DNA of 36,302 nt from Chamaesiphon sp. (GTDB taxonomy: Bacteria; Cyanobacteriota; Cyanobacteriia; Cyanobacteriales; Chamaesiphonaceae). Made by a program: the position numbers and the translations under genes. Below the pieces are notes generated by a model. That model worked only from the letters and a program-made list of their open reading frames with translations, had not been told where the DNA came from and ran no database searches. Positions within the stretch are counted from its first letter, which is position 1. Each line of letters opens with the position of its first letter. Below are positions 27,840 through 36,302 of this stretch, one piece after another. Location: NCBI GenBank assembly GCA_965246715.1, contig CBDFFH010000033.1:1-36302 (forward strand). The letters run 5' to 3'.

Positions 27840-28448
27840 CTAGTGAGTTGTCGCTGCGCCAACTTGGACTTCATCGGCAAAACTTGCCGTCTGGGTAAAC
27901 TCAAATGCCCCAGCGATCGAACCCCAAACATGTTCGTCAGTTTCGATGTCGCGACCGCGATCGAGGCTGATAAACCGTTGTGGCGCGATCTCGATCGCAT
28001 TGTCTAAATAAGTATTTTTGCCATTTCTGACGACCTTACAGCCCTTTCCAGGCTCCACATGGCCCTTAAATGAACTTCCAGTCCACTCGGTAATCATCGT
28101 ACAACCGGGCATTTTAATTAGGCGTTCGCGCGTGAGTTGTTGGAGCTTTTCGGGTTGGCGGGCGGCTCCATAAAATTCGGCTTCAGGATCGATCGTGAAG
28201 TGTTCGATTTCAATCCGATCGTTAGCTTCGACAAATTTTAGCACTCGCAACCGATAAGGATCGTGCAGCATAAAATCGTAAGCTTGTTCGAGAAATAAAC
28301 TCGGCCCATCCAACAACTCAAACGGTAGCGGACGCATACACACCCGAATATGGGCGAACAATGGTGGATTTTCAAATGCTTGCGCTTGATTGCTAAAGTC
28401 TCCCGCCATCCAGCGGACAAGAGTTGAAATATCGGTGGAGTGGGTCAT
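27840..28448 (-). CDS. cpcT: Phycobilin chromophore lyase, CpcT/CpeT family
   Basis: Motifs MTHSTD..TL.RWMA.DFSNQ.QAFENPP.FAHIRV, PYRLRV, SLDRG.D and WGS..G.F.F. Confidence 0.93.
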   Translation of the reverse strand: MTHSTDISTLVRWMAGDFSNQAQAFENPPLFAHIRVCMRPLPFELLDGPSLFLEQAYDFMLHDPYRLRVLKFVEANDRIEIEHFTIDPEAEFYGAARQPEKLQQLTRERLIKMPGCTMITEWTGSSFKGHVEPGKGCKVVRNGKNTYLDNAIEIAPQRFISLDRGRDIETDEHVWGSIAGAFEFTQTASFADEVQVGAATTH

Positions 28449-28450
28449 TC

Positions 28451-28484
28451 GATTGTGGATTGTGGATTGTGGATTGCGGATTGT
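28451..28484. repeat. Heptameric tandem repeat (GATTGTG) x about 5, STRR-like
   Basis: GATTGTG x3, GATTGCG, GATTGT, directly upstream of the cpcT start codon. Confidence 0.8.
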
Positions 28485-28493
28485 CCCTATCTT

Positions 28494-29066
28494 TTAGATA
28501 AAATTACTCACTCGGTTAATCTTGTAAACAACCTTATCTAAGATTTTGCCAGTTGGAGTTTCTGTCTTTAATTCTTGCATAACTTCACCACCCAAGGATT
28601 CAGGGATTTTGGAGCTTGATATATTTCTACGATCGACTGGATAAATAAAGTAGTCAAGCTCTATGTTATTGCAAGACCAATTAACCAACGTGCGAACAGA
28701 TTCTCGACCGTAACCGCTCCCATGAGCATTCTTCTTCAGCCAAATTCCCAGTTCTGGTGTTCTTATGTTGTCCTCGCCATGAAGACCGCAGCAGCCCAGA
28801 AACTCCCCTAGTGTTTTAGATAAAATAGCAAACTGTAAGTTATTGCCAATCTGCATAGTGTGTCTGCTTTCGTCTATAAATCTACGTGTTTCTTCGATAT
28901 CTTTGGCAGGTGACGGAAACATATAACGTGTAATTTCACTGGTAAAGCCTTCAAAAATATCTATTTCAAACTTATCAGATATCGCTACTAATCGTAGCCG
29001 CTTACCTTCAATAATAAGAGATAGTAAATCTTGGGGCTGAGGAGTGAGGAAGTGAAATGCGCTCAT
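28494..29066 (-). CDS. GNAT N-acetyltransferase (RimJ/RimL-like)
   Basis: Motifs RLRL, FLGCCGLH, PELGIWLK..AHG.GYGRE and YPVD..N..S..I.E.LG. Confidence 0.88.
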   Translation of the reverse strand: MSAFHFLTPQPQDLLSLIIEGKRLRLVAISDKFEIDIFEGFTSEITRYMFPSPAKDIEETRRFIDESRHTMQIGNNLQFAILSKTLGEFLGCCGLHGEDNIRTPELGIWLKKNAHGSGYGRESVRTLVNWSCNNIELDYFIYPVDRRNISSSKIPESLGGEVMQELKTETPTGKILDKVVYKINRVSNFI

Positions 29067-29161
29067 ATATTAAGACAACATCTAATTCAGTCAGGATCTT
29101 ATTTAATACCCAGTTGCTCACAAATACTCAACCAATAACTTAACGCTTCATAGCTCATAAT

Positions 29162-30496
29162 TTATTTGATAATGCTGCGTAATGAATCGAAGAAGGTTGG
29201 ATAGGAAATCGAGGCAGCTTCGGCGCGGTGGATGGTGGTTTGTCCCTTTGCCATTAATGCAGCGATCGCAAGGCTCATGGCGATGCGATGATCGGTATGA
29301 CTATCTAGCTCCGCCCCCACCAACGAACCCCCGCCAGTAATTTCCAACCCGTCAGGCAATTCGGTAACTTTTGCGCCCATTTTTGTCAATGCGGCTGCCA
29401 TTACCTGAAGTCGATCGCTTTCTTTGACGCGCAATTCTTCAGCATCTTTAATTACTGTTGTCCCCTCCGCAAATACCGCGGCCACCGCTAAAATCGGGAT
29501 TTCATCGATCAGCCGAGGAATGAGATCGCCACCGATCTCACAAGCCTGTAATTTGCTATGTTTTACTCGCAAATCTGCCACGGGTTCCCCTGCCACCTCG
29601 CGCTGGTTTTCGAGCGTAATATCGGCACCCATCAATTCTAAAGCTACTAAAATCCCCGTGCGGGTAGGATTGACCCCGACATTTTCGATATACAACTCCG
29701 AACCCGGCACGATTGCGCCAGCGACCAGCCAAAATGCTGCCGAACTAATATCACCAGGGACGATTACCTGTTGTCCGCGCAAAGTCGGATGACCGATTAC
29801 CGTCGCACTATTAGTTTCCGGATCGACCTCAATCTGCGCCCCAAACGCACGCAACATCCGTTCGGAGTGATCCCGCGATAATGCCGGTTCGGTGACCGTA
29901 GTCCGCCCATCTGCCATCAATCCAGCGAGTAAAACTGCCGACTTGACCTGGGCTGACGCGATCGGTGAATGATAATGAATCGGCTGTAGTTCCTGCCCCC
30001 GCACAGCTAAAGGTGCCAGAGAATTGCCCTTGCGTCCCCAAATCTGTGCCCCCATCTGTACCAACGGCTTTACCACCCGTGACATCGGACGCGATCGCAA
30101 GGAATCATCACCTGTTACCGTAAAAAAGCGATCGGGATGAGCGGCTAAAATCCCTAACATCAATCGCATCGTCGTCCCCGAATTTCCCGCATCGAGAATA
30201 TTCACGGGTTCCTGAATCCGTCCCAAACCGATGCCTTTAACCGTGACTAGTTCGGTATTCAACTCCGAGATCTCTGCCCCCATCGCCGTAAAACACGCTG
30301 CCGTACTCCGGGGATCTTCCCCTAGCAATAGCCCCTGAATCGTCGTCTTACCCTCAGCCAACGCACCCAGCATCAATGCCCGATGAGAAATCGATTTATC
30401 CCCTGGAATCTGTAACCTACCATGCAGGGAAACATCGCCAGCCGGAAGATTGACAGTTAAGCTTTGATGAAGATCGATCGATTCCAGATTAAGCAC
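29162..30496 (-). CDS. aroA: 3-phosphoshikimate 1-carboxyvinyltransferase (EPSP synthase)
   Basis: Motifs [44 protein letters not shown] and DHRIAMS. Confidence 0.97.
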   Translation of the reverse strand: MLNLESIDLHQSLTVNLPAGDVSLHGRLQIPGDKSISHRALMLGALAEGKTTIQGLLLGEDPRSTAACFTAMGAEISELNTELVTVKGIGLGRIQEPVNILDAGNSGTTMRLMLGILAAHPDRFFTVTGDDSLRSRPMSRVVKPLVQMGAQIWGRKGNSLAPLAVRGQELQPIHYHSPIASAQVKSAVLLAGLMADGRTTVTEPALSRDHSERMLRAFGAQIEVDPETNSATVIGHPTLRGQQVIVPGDISSAAFWLVAGAIVPGSELYIENVGVNPTRTGILVALELMGADITLENQREVAGEPVADLRVKHSKLQACEIGGDLIPRLIDEIPILAVAAVFAEGTTVIKDAEELRVKESDRLQVMAAALTKMGAKVTELPDGLEITGGGSLVGAELDSHTDHRIAMSLAIAALMAKGQTTIHRAEAASISYPTFFDSLRSIIK

Positions 30497-30508
30497 AAAA
30501 AATGAGGT

Positions 30509-31429
30509 CTAAGGTGTGGGTGGCGCAGTAATTCGAGTCGGTGCCGCTGGGCTAACTTTACCAACCTTGATGGTGATATGTTGCTTCTGTCCCAACTTAC
30601 CTAACGGCTGCGGTGGTTGTTTCTCCTGCGAAAACAGCAATCCGCCAGCATTATCGGTGCTGATGGTTACTTGCTTGGTGGCTACTAAGTTCAATTGCGT
30701 GCCAACTTTGAGACTGCCGGTAAATCTTGTCGTCCCATCAACACCGATCTGTGCCCAGGCAGGACTTTTGACTTCGATCCCGACATTCACATTTGGTAAT
30801 GGCGCGATTTGGGGCGCAACTGTTGCGATCGGTGCTGGAACTACCGCCGAATTTTTTGGCAATTGGCTAGATCCGCTAACGATCGCGGGTTTCGGTCTGA
30901 GGGTGGTGTTGAGTAGGTGAGAAATCCCCGCACCAGCACCGATAATGGCCAAAGTGTAGCCTAAATAGACATGCAGCGGCTTAACTTGAGGGGTGCTAAA
31001 CCCAGTTTGGGGAGTGCTAAACCCAGTATTATTTTGGCGGACAGTGGGTTGGGAGAAATCGACTTCTTGCCGATCCCAGGTCGGCACTTGCTGAGATATT
31101 GCCAGACCATCGATCCCCAGACTGTTGCCATACCGCTTCACCATGCCTTTGACATAGACCGATTCCGGTAACATCTCTAGATGACCTTCCTCGATCGCTT
31201 GCACTAGTCGCGGTTGAATCTGTGTCTGCGCCGAGATCTCCTCGATCGATAACTTGCGCTGCTCCCGAATTTGACGCAACTGAGTTCCAATCTGTTCTAG
31301 AATATCGCTTGGTGTCGGTGTTAATGGCACGGGATCGCTAGCAATTATAGGTTTTGGCTGAGCAGCGAACATTGATAACTTCGGCAAGTTAAGTGAGATG
31401 ATTTGCTTGAGCGGTGGCAGTAAGGTCAC
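30509..31429 (-). CDS. RodZ-like protein (HTH_25, TM segment, DUF4115)
   Basis: Motif IG.QLR..RE...LS.EE....T.I....V.AIEEG....LPE.VYVKG...RY, one TM segment and a C-terminal W..I.VDG...F.G domain. The start is uncertain (ATG at 31372 is possible). Confidence 0.85.
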   Translation of the reverse strand: MTLLPPLKQIISLNLPKLSMFAAQPKPIIASDPVPLTPTPSDILEQIGTQLRQIREQRKLSIEEISAQTQIQPRLVQAIEEGHLEMLPESVYVKGMVKRYGNSLGIDGLAISQQVPTWDRQEVDFSQPTVRQNNTGFSTPQTGFSTPQVKPLHVYLGYTLAIIGAGAGISHLLNTTLRPKPAIVSGSSQLPKNSAVVPAPIATVAPQIAPLPNVNVGIEVKSPAWAQIGVDGTTRFTGSLKVGTQLNLVATKQVTISTDNAGGLLFSQEKQPPQPLGKLGQKQHITIKVGKVSPAAPTRITAPPTP

Positions 31430-31474
31430 GATCGCTAATGTATGGAGAATTTAAAGTGAATATTTGTGATTTAT

Positions 31475-32236
31475 CTAGTTGCGATGGTGCGGTTCGAGCC
31501 GCTTGCCAGCTTGCAGGTTGCGAACTTCTGCCGCCTGCAAATGGCGATAAGCGCCAAGCGCTAACGCGCGTTCCCCGTCTACACTGATGTTACCAATCCC
31601 AATCCGATGCAGTTGGATGACTGGGTGACCGAGTTGAGTTGCAACTCGCCTGATTTGTCTATTTCGACCTTCCGTCAGGGTGATTCTGAGCAGGGTATTA
31701 TCATCTTTGTGTTTGACTACTCTAACTTGCGCTGGCAATGTATATTGGCCATCTAAGTCAATTCCCTGCCGCCAAGCATCGATCGTATCACTAGCAGGCT
31801 GACCTTGAATCCAGGCCTCATAGGTTTTACTAATATTATGGCTGGGATGTGTCAAGCTAAATGTCAACTCACCATCATTGGTAAGCAACAATGCACCACT
31901 AGAGTCGATATCCAATCTACCTACGGGATGAATTCCTTCACACGTTCTCAAGTCGGGCGGAAGTAACTCTAAAACAGTCCGGCGACCTTGGGGGTCGTCA
32001 CAAGTAGATATTACCCCGATCGGTTTATTTAATAGTAAATATACAGGTTCGGGTCGCCCCTCGATGGTAATTATTCTACCATCAACTTCAATGCAATCGG
32101 TAGCTGGTTCGGCTGTTTGTCCTAATTTTGCTACTTCTCCATTCAGCCGCACTCGTCCAGCAAGAATTAGCTGCTCCGCTTGTCGGCGCGAGGCAATTCC
32201 CCATTGAGATAAGATTTTTTGCAGTCTGGCAGTCAT
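31475..32236 (-). CDS. rRNA pseudouridine synthase (RsuA/RluB family)
   Basis: S4 domain RLQKILS..GIASRR.AE, catalytic VGRLD and EGRNRQIRR. Confidence 0.93.
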   Translation of the reverse strand: MTARLQKILSQWGIASRRQAEQLILAGRVRLNGEVAKLGQTAEPATDCIEVDGRIITIEGRPEPVYLLLNKPIGVISTCDDPQGRRTVLELLPPDLRTCEGIHPVGRLDIDSSGALLLTNDGELTFSLTHPSHNISKTYEAWIQGQPASDTIDAWRQGIDLDGQYTLPAQVRVVKHKDDNTLLRITLTEGRNRQIRRVATQLGHPVIQLHRIGIGNISVDGERALALGAYRHLQAAEVRNLQAGKRLEPHHRN

Positions 32237-32350
32237 AACTAGTGGTTAGTAGTAAGTCGATCTCGCAACTGGTGATTGAAGTATTGATGCTGTAATTTTT
32301 TAGTGGCTAGTTGCTGGCAAATAGCCAGATTAGGTTGGCTGCTTCCGGAA

Positions 32351-32381
32351 CTAGCCACTAGCCACTAGTCACTAGCCACTA
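32351..32381. repeat. Heptameric tandem repeat (CTAGCCA) x about 4.5, with an inverted partner at 32301-32312
   Basis: CTAGCCA CTAGCCA CTAGTCA CTAGCCA CTA; TAGTGGCTAGTT (32301-32312) is the reverse complement of 32349-32360. Confidence 0.75.
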
Positions 32382-32429
32382 TTTCTCGGTAAACTCTTTG
32401 AGGAAATAGTACAGGAAGATCGAGCTAAA

Positions 32430-33146
32430 TTGACAAATCAAACTAGAGGAATTGTTGGTTCGGTGCTATCACCGGCTTGTAAGATGTGGCTGCGATCGCA
32501 AGTATCGCATGTAGACGACCTCCAGGTGGACATTGGTGGTGGCAGTCGGCAAATCTTGGGCGGTACGATTCCCCGCGTGGCGGTGGCCGCTACGGGGGCA
32601 ATTTATCAAGGATTAGCACTGGGATCGATCGACCTGATCGCCGAAAATATTCGGATTAATCTACCCCATGTACTCAAAGGTGAAGCTTTACGCTTATTAG
32701 AACCGATCGCGGTGACAGTTGCAGTGAAGTTTAGTGAAACCGACCTCCAAACGTCGCTCGCCTCACCGTTGTTATCGCAAGCGATTACCGATCTGATTAA
32801 CCAAATTCTGGCTGCCGATCCGCAGCAATCCCACTGGACGATCGATTGGCAACAACTACAGCTCGCCCCACAGACGCTGCGCCTTCATGGTCAGCTCACG
32901 CTTGCCGAACAAATAGCCCCGATCGAGATCGTGATGGGATTGGCAGTGCGGGATGGACATCTGCTGATCCTCGAGCCGCTAAAAATTACTTGTGAGATCG
33001 TGGGTGCAGATGGCCAGCTTTGCCCTTTGCCTGGAAGCAATCTTACTCGCCATCAGATCGATCTTGGGGATGATGTAAATATTACCCAACTTCAACTTTT
33101 GGCGGGGGAGTCGATTTGTCATGGGCAAATACAAGTCAATCCCTAA
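32430..33146 (+). CDS. DUF2993 (LmeA-like) protein
   Basis: Motifs LSPA..MWLRSQV..V..LQV.I.G..RQIL.G.IP, YQGL and INL..VLKG..LRLLEPI; TTG start. Confidence 0.8.
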   Translation: MTNQTRGIVGSVLSPACKMWLRSQVSHVDDLQVDIGGGSRQILGGTIPRVAVAATGAIYQGLALGSIDLIAENIRINLPHVLKGEALRLLEPIAVTVAVKFSETDLQTSLASPLLSQAITDLINQILAADPQQSHWTIDWQQLQLAPQTLRLHGQLTLAEQIAPIEIVMGLAVRDGHLLILEPLKITCEIVGADGQLCPLPGSNLTRHQIDLGDDVNITQLQLLAGESICHGQIQVNP

Positions 33147-33176
33147 AATATAGTCGTCAGCCACAGATATTTTATT

Positions 33177-33473
33177 TTAGCGCCGTCCGAACGCGATCGA
33201 GCGGGCAATTCCGACGAATAACCCGATCGCCCGCAGTCGATCGAGCGTACCTAGTTGCTGCTGATAAAGCTGCCTGAGTCGATCGAGTTGCGCTCTGCTA
33301 GTAGCAATCGAGGCTGGAACATCGCCGAGCCAGTCACAATCACTCGACCAGCGATTACACCAATTACCCAAAGCAACAATTTGACGACGAAAGCCGAGGA
33401 TCGAATAGGCAATCGCCAAACAGCCGATCGAGAGCGTGCAATTACATAAAACAACCGCAATAACTAAATCCAT
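33177..33473 (-). CDS. Small conserved hypothetical membrane-anchored protein
   Basis: N-terminal hydrophobic helix followed by a coiled segment (QLDRLRQLYQQQL). ATG at 33473 (alternative TTG at 33494). Confidence 0.6.
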   Translation of the reverse strand: MDLVIAVVLCNCTLSIGCLAIAYSILGFRRQIVALGNWCNRWSSDCDWLGDVPASIATSRAQLDRLRQLYQQQLGTLDRLRAIGLFVGIARSIAFGRR

Positions 33474-33549
33474 AACAGTATCAAAGGAGCGCAAACCCAG
33501 CTTAACTCACAGCTACACCGCGACGATCGAGAAAAGTTCGACAACCTAC

Positions 33550-33579
33550 TTGTCAAATCTATTATCCTAGTGATATGAT
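33550..33579 (+). promoter_or_regulatory. Sigma70-type promoter for tRNA-Asn
   Basis: TTGTCA (33550-33555), 18-bp spacer, then TATGAT (33574-33579) with an extended TGn; 28 nt upstream of the tRNA. Confidence 0.6.
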
Positions 33580-33607
33580 AGCAGAGGTGTTAACGCACTT
33601 TCAACAA

Positions 33608-33679
33608 TCCTCGGTAGCTCAGTGGTAGAGCGGTCGACTGTTAATCGACTGGTCGCAGGTTCGAATCCCGCCCGGGGAG
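33608..33679 (+). tRNA. trnN: tRNA-Asn(GTT)
   Basis: Cloverleaf with acceptor stem TCCTCGG/CCGGGGA, D arm GCTC/GAGC, anticodon stem GTCGA/TCGAC with GTT at 33640-33642, and GGTTCGAATC T loop; CCA is not encoded. Confidence 0.97.
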
Positions 33680-33931
33680 TTCTTTAAACAATAAAATTAA
33701 ATATTCGATCGTGTAAGCCTGGTCAGCGATCCAGCAGCGATCTATTTTGTTAGGTATCCAAATAGCGAAACAATCTGTTAATCTAAATAGTCATAAATGA
33801 TTGAGTACGATTAGCGGTAAGTAAAAACTTTAGATAAATTATTTTACCACCAGCTTTGAAGCACGATTAGTTCGGTCTCAGTAGCCAAGTAGATCGGCAC
33901 AAATACTACAACATATAGTTAGCATATAATA

Positions 33932-34720
33932 ATGTATAAATCCTCGATCGGTCTCATTGCAGTCTTGGGTATGAGTCTTCCGCTAGCAACAATAGTGACA
34001 TCCCCAGCACAAGCACTTCCCGAACCCCAAATCTTAGAAAAACTTCAGGAAATACCTGTCTTTACCATTACTGATAAAAACAAGAATTTACTCCAGCAAA
34101 GCGTCGGTAAAGCACCAAACGTTCGCCAGTTTAGCCCCGTATACATGGAGCAGAGCGACGCACAAACATTTGTAAATAAGCTTAAAAAAGACGGTTCGCC
34201 CAACGGTAAGCTGGCGCAGGTCACGGTTGTTCCATTGAGTGCGGTCTATAAGATGCAACTGGAGACCGAAAAAAAACCTAACGGCATCAACTTTTTATTA
34301 TTTCCCACCGAACAGCAAGTCAAAAATGCTCAAATCCTGAAAAATAAGCCTTATCAATTTAATGCTTTATATCCAGTGCCATTATTTACGGTTGCCATCA
34401 AGCAGAAAGATAAATATGTCACCGTTCAGCAAAATAAATTAACGCCGTTATTTTTTGAAAAGCAACAAGCGCAACAGTGGTTGGAGCGGGTTAAAAAAGC
34501 CGATCCTAAATTAGTCGCCAACGCGGAGATCAAAGTTAATTATCTACATAGCGTCCTCAAAGATTTTCACGACAAAAACTACCCCGAGCAGCAGCAATTG
34601 ACGCTCGTACCATCAAGCAAGAATGTAGAACTCATCCGCAAAATCCAAGCGCAGCAACCTAAAGCTGGCACGACTCCGACTCCAAATGCTGTACCAGCAA
34701 CTGGCGCAACCAAAAAATAG
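33932..34720 (+). CDS. Tic22-family periplasmic chaperone
   Basis: Signal peptide ending AQA, then LPE.QI.EKL..IPVFTITD, V.VV.L..VY, VPLF and PLFFEK; adjacent to prmC as is common in cyanobacteria. Confidence 0.85.
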   Translation: MYKSSIGLIAVLGMSLPLATIVTSPAQALPEPQILEKLQEIPVFTITDKNKNLLQQSVGKAPNVRQFSPVYMEQSDAQTFVNKLKKDGSPNGKLAQVTVVPLSAVYKMQLETEKKPNGINFLLFPTEQQVKNAQILKNKPYQFNALYPVPLFTVAIKQKDKYVTVQQNKLTPLFFEKQQAQQWLERVKKADPKLVANAEIKVNYLHSVLKDFHDKNYPEQQQLTLVPSSKNVELIRKIQAQQPKAGTTPTPNAVPATGATKK

Positions 34721-35614
34721 GTGGCTGCCGATTTTATTACGGGGCGAGACTTGTGGCAGTGGCGCAGATGGGCTGTAACCTTAGCTTTGGCCGATCGCGT
34801 TACTGCTTATGAAGTCGATTGGTTGTTGCAAGCAGCCACCAATCTGGATCGCTTGACATTGCGACTAGAATCGATCGGTGATGATGAGTTAGTACAAATC
34901 GGGATGCCACTCGATTGCTTGTCGGCACTATGGCTCGATCGCCTTCACGATCGTCAGCCAGTGCAGTATTTAGTTGGCAAAGCCTTCTGGCGGGATTTCG
35001 AGCTAATGGTTTCGCCAGCGGTACTCATTCCCCGTCCCGAAACCGAGGCAATAATCGATATTGCCTTGGCTGCAACCACTAGTAGCCAACAGCAGGGTGT
35101 GTGGGTAGATTTGGGCACTGGTAGCGGCGCGATTGCGATCGGTTTAGCCAGGATGTTACCTGCTGCGACGATTTACGCAGTAGACTGTAGCCCAGCAGCA
35201 TTAGACATCGCGCGTCTCAATGCTACGCATCTGAGTGTGAGCGATCGCATTATCTTTAGTCAAAGTAATTGGTGGTCTTCACTAGGACAGCTTCAGGGTA
35301 AAGTATCCGTAACGATCTCCAACCCACCCTACATTCCCACGGCAACGGTATCGCAATTGCAGCCAGAGGTGGTCAACCACGAACCACATCTCGCCCTGGA
35401 TGGTGGCGATGATGGTTTAGTCGCAATGCGGATCTTAGTCGAGACGGCACCTGAGTATTTGCTGCCTGGGGGGATTTGGTTGGTTGAAATGATGGCAGGG
35501 CAGGGTGAGGCGATTCGAGAGTTATTAGTCGCTCAGGGTAGTTATACTGACATTGAGATAATTAACGATCTGGCAGGACTCGATCGATTTGTCTTGGCAA
35601 GAATTAGTCAATAG
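34721..35614 (+). CDS. prmC: Release factor glutamine methyltransferase (HemK)
   Basis: Motifs PVQYLVG, VLIPRPETE, DLGTGSGAIA, SNPPYI and EPHLALDGG.DGL. Confidence 0.96.
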   Translation: MAADFITGRDLWQWRRWAVTLALADRVTAYEVDWLLQAATNLDRLTLRLESIGDDELVQIGMPLDCLSALWLDRLHDRQPVQYLVGKAFWRDFELMVSPAVLIPRPETEAIIDIALAATTSSQQQGVWVDLGTGSGAIAIGLARMLPAATIYAVDCSPAALDIARLNATHLSVSDRIIFSQSNWWSSLGQLQGKVSVTISNPPYIPTATVSQLQPEVVNHEPHLALDGGDDGLVAMRILVETAPEYLLPGGIWLVEMMAGQGEAIRELLVAQGSYTDIEIINDLAGLDRFVLARISQ

Positions 35615-35678
35615 TGGACAGTTAAACTTACTGTTCACATCTTGCACCAGTGTAAAAATACTATTTCTAAGTAGATCC

Positions 35679-35738
35679 AGGGTACCCACAAGGGGCACCC
35701 CTACATAATTATGTAGGGGTGCCCCTTGTGGGTACCCT
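35679..35738. repeat. Perfect 60-bp palindrome formed by an inverted doublet of a GTAG REP-like unit (REPIN-like)
   Basis: AGGGTACCCACAAGGGGCACCCCTACATAA|TTATGTAGGGGTGCCCCTTGTGGGTACCCT; each unit GTAGGGGTGCCCCTTGTGGGTACCCT is itself a hairpin. Confidence 0.9.
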
Positions 35739-35805
35739 AGAGATCTCAGCTTTTACTAGTCTTCATGTATTGGGGATACTAACTTTTACTCCCGACATCC
35801 CAACT

Positions 35806-36302
35806 ATGGCACCAACTCTCCCACCCGCAATCGTCCTAGATCCCTTACTGATTCAATGGCTCCAAGAAGATATTGGGAGAGGAGATCGCAGTACCCAAGG
35901 CTTACCCAACCGCGATCGCCAGACCACCGCTACCTGGATCGCCAAGGAGCGGGGTATTGTCGCCGCACTGCCGATCGCTAAACGAATTTTTGAGCTTTTA
36001 AACCCTGAAGCTACATTTCAGCTCCTTATCGCCGAAGGTAGCCCTTGTGAGCCAGGACAATCGATCGCAGCAATTACCGCAGATCTCGCTACGCTGCTGA
36101 TGGGCGAACGTACCGCACTCAATCTTGCCATGCGCCTGAGTGGTATTGCCACCGCCACCCATGCTTATGTGGAGTGCATTGCCGACTTACCCACGCAACT
36201 TGTAGACACCCGTAAAACCACGCCGGGACTCCGCCTGCTCGAAAAATATGCAACGATTGTCGGTGGTGGCGTAAATCATCGCATCGGTCTCGATGATGCC
36301 AT
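35806..36302 (+). CDS. nadC: Nicotinate-nucleotide pyrophosphorylase (quinolinate phosphoribosyltransferase), 3'-truncated by the window edge
   Basis: Not in the ORF track. My translation from ATG 35806 gives MAPTLPPAIVLDPLLIQWLQEDIGRGDRST...GERTALNLAMRLSGIAT...DTRKTTPGLRLLEKYA...GGG.NHR.GLDDA. Confidence 0.95.
   Translation, partial: MAPTLPPAIVLDPLLIQWLQEDIGRGDRSTQGLPNRDRQTTATWIAKERGIVAALPIAKRIFELLNPEATFQLLIAEGSPCEPGQSIAAITADLATLLMGERTALNLAMRLSGIATATHAYVECIADLPTQLVDTRKTTPGLRLLEKYATIVGGGVNHRIGLDDA

Noticed and set aside
813..33449. Remaining short nested or antisense ORFs in the track (for example 813-1037, 3578-3862, 5485-5844, 20257-20527, 29424-29792, 30516-30920)
   Set aside because: They are shadow frames of well-supported genes with no independent evidence of coding.
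33608..33931. tRNA-Asn as an integration site for a genomic island
   Set aside because: No integrase and no duplicated tRNA 3' end were seen, and the downstream genes are core (Tic22, prmC, nadC).
1..36302. CRISPR array, and HIP1/CGATCG abundance as a novelty
   Set aside because: There are no regularly spaced direct repeats with unique spacers and no cas genes. HIP1 over-representation is a well-known cyanobacterial trait.

Overview
This is a cyanobacterial chromosomal segment. It is very dense in HIP1 (GCGATCGC) and its CGATCG core, and it carries petC-petA, ndhL, cpcT, cyAbrB and Tic22; a Chamaesiphon-like host is a guess from composition only. Most of it is housekeeping genes: trpS (partial), metF, thioredoxin, comB, trpA, coaD-cdv3, trmB, lptA-lptB-lptF/G, hisC, aroA, a RodZ-like gene, a pseudouridine synthase, tRNA-Asn, prmC and nadC (partial). 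There is no CRISPR array, prophage or defence island. The unusual signal is mainly intergenic. (1) An intact 1480-bp IS4-family element with perfect 17-bp TIRs and an 11-bp target duplication sits at the foot of a REP-like hairpin that has an empty sister copy at 9.8 kb. (2) Three MITE-like elements are present; two have clean 6-bp or 8-bp target duplications and carry REP-like palindromes between their TIRs. (3) There are several free REP/REPIN-like palindromes, including a perfect 60-bp one. (4) A probable 6S (SsaA) RNA overlaps the tail of the upstream CDS. On the protein side, LptA is a tandem two-domain fusion, and a membrane-anchored alpha/beta-hydrolase appears to have lost its catalytic triad. 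All family assignments come from motif recognition; no database searches were run.
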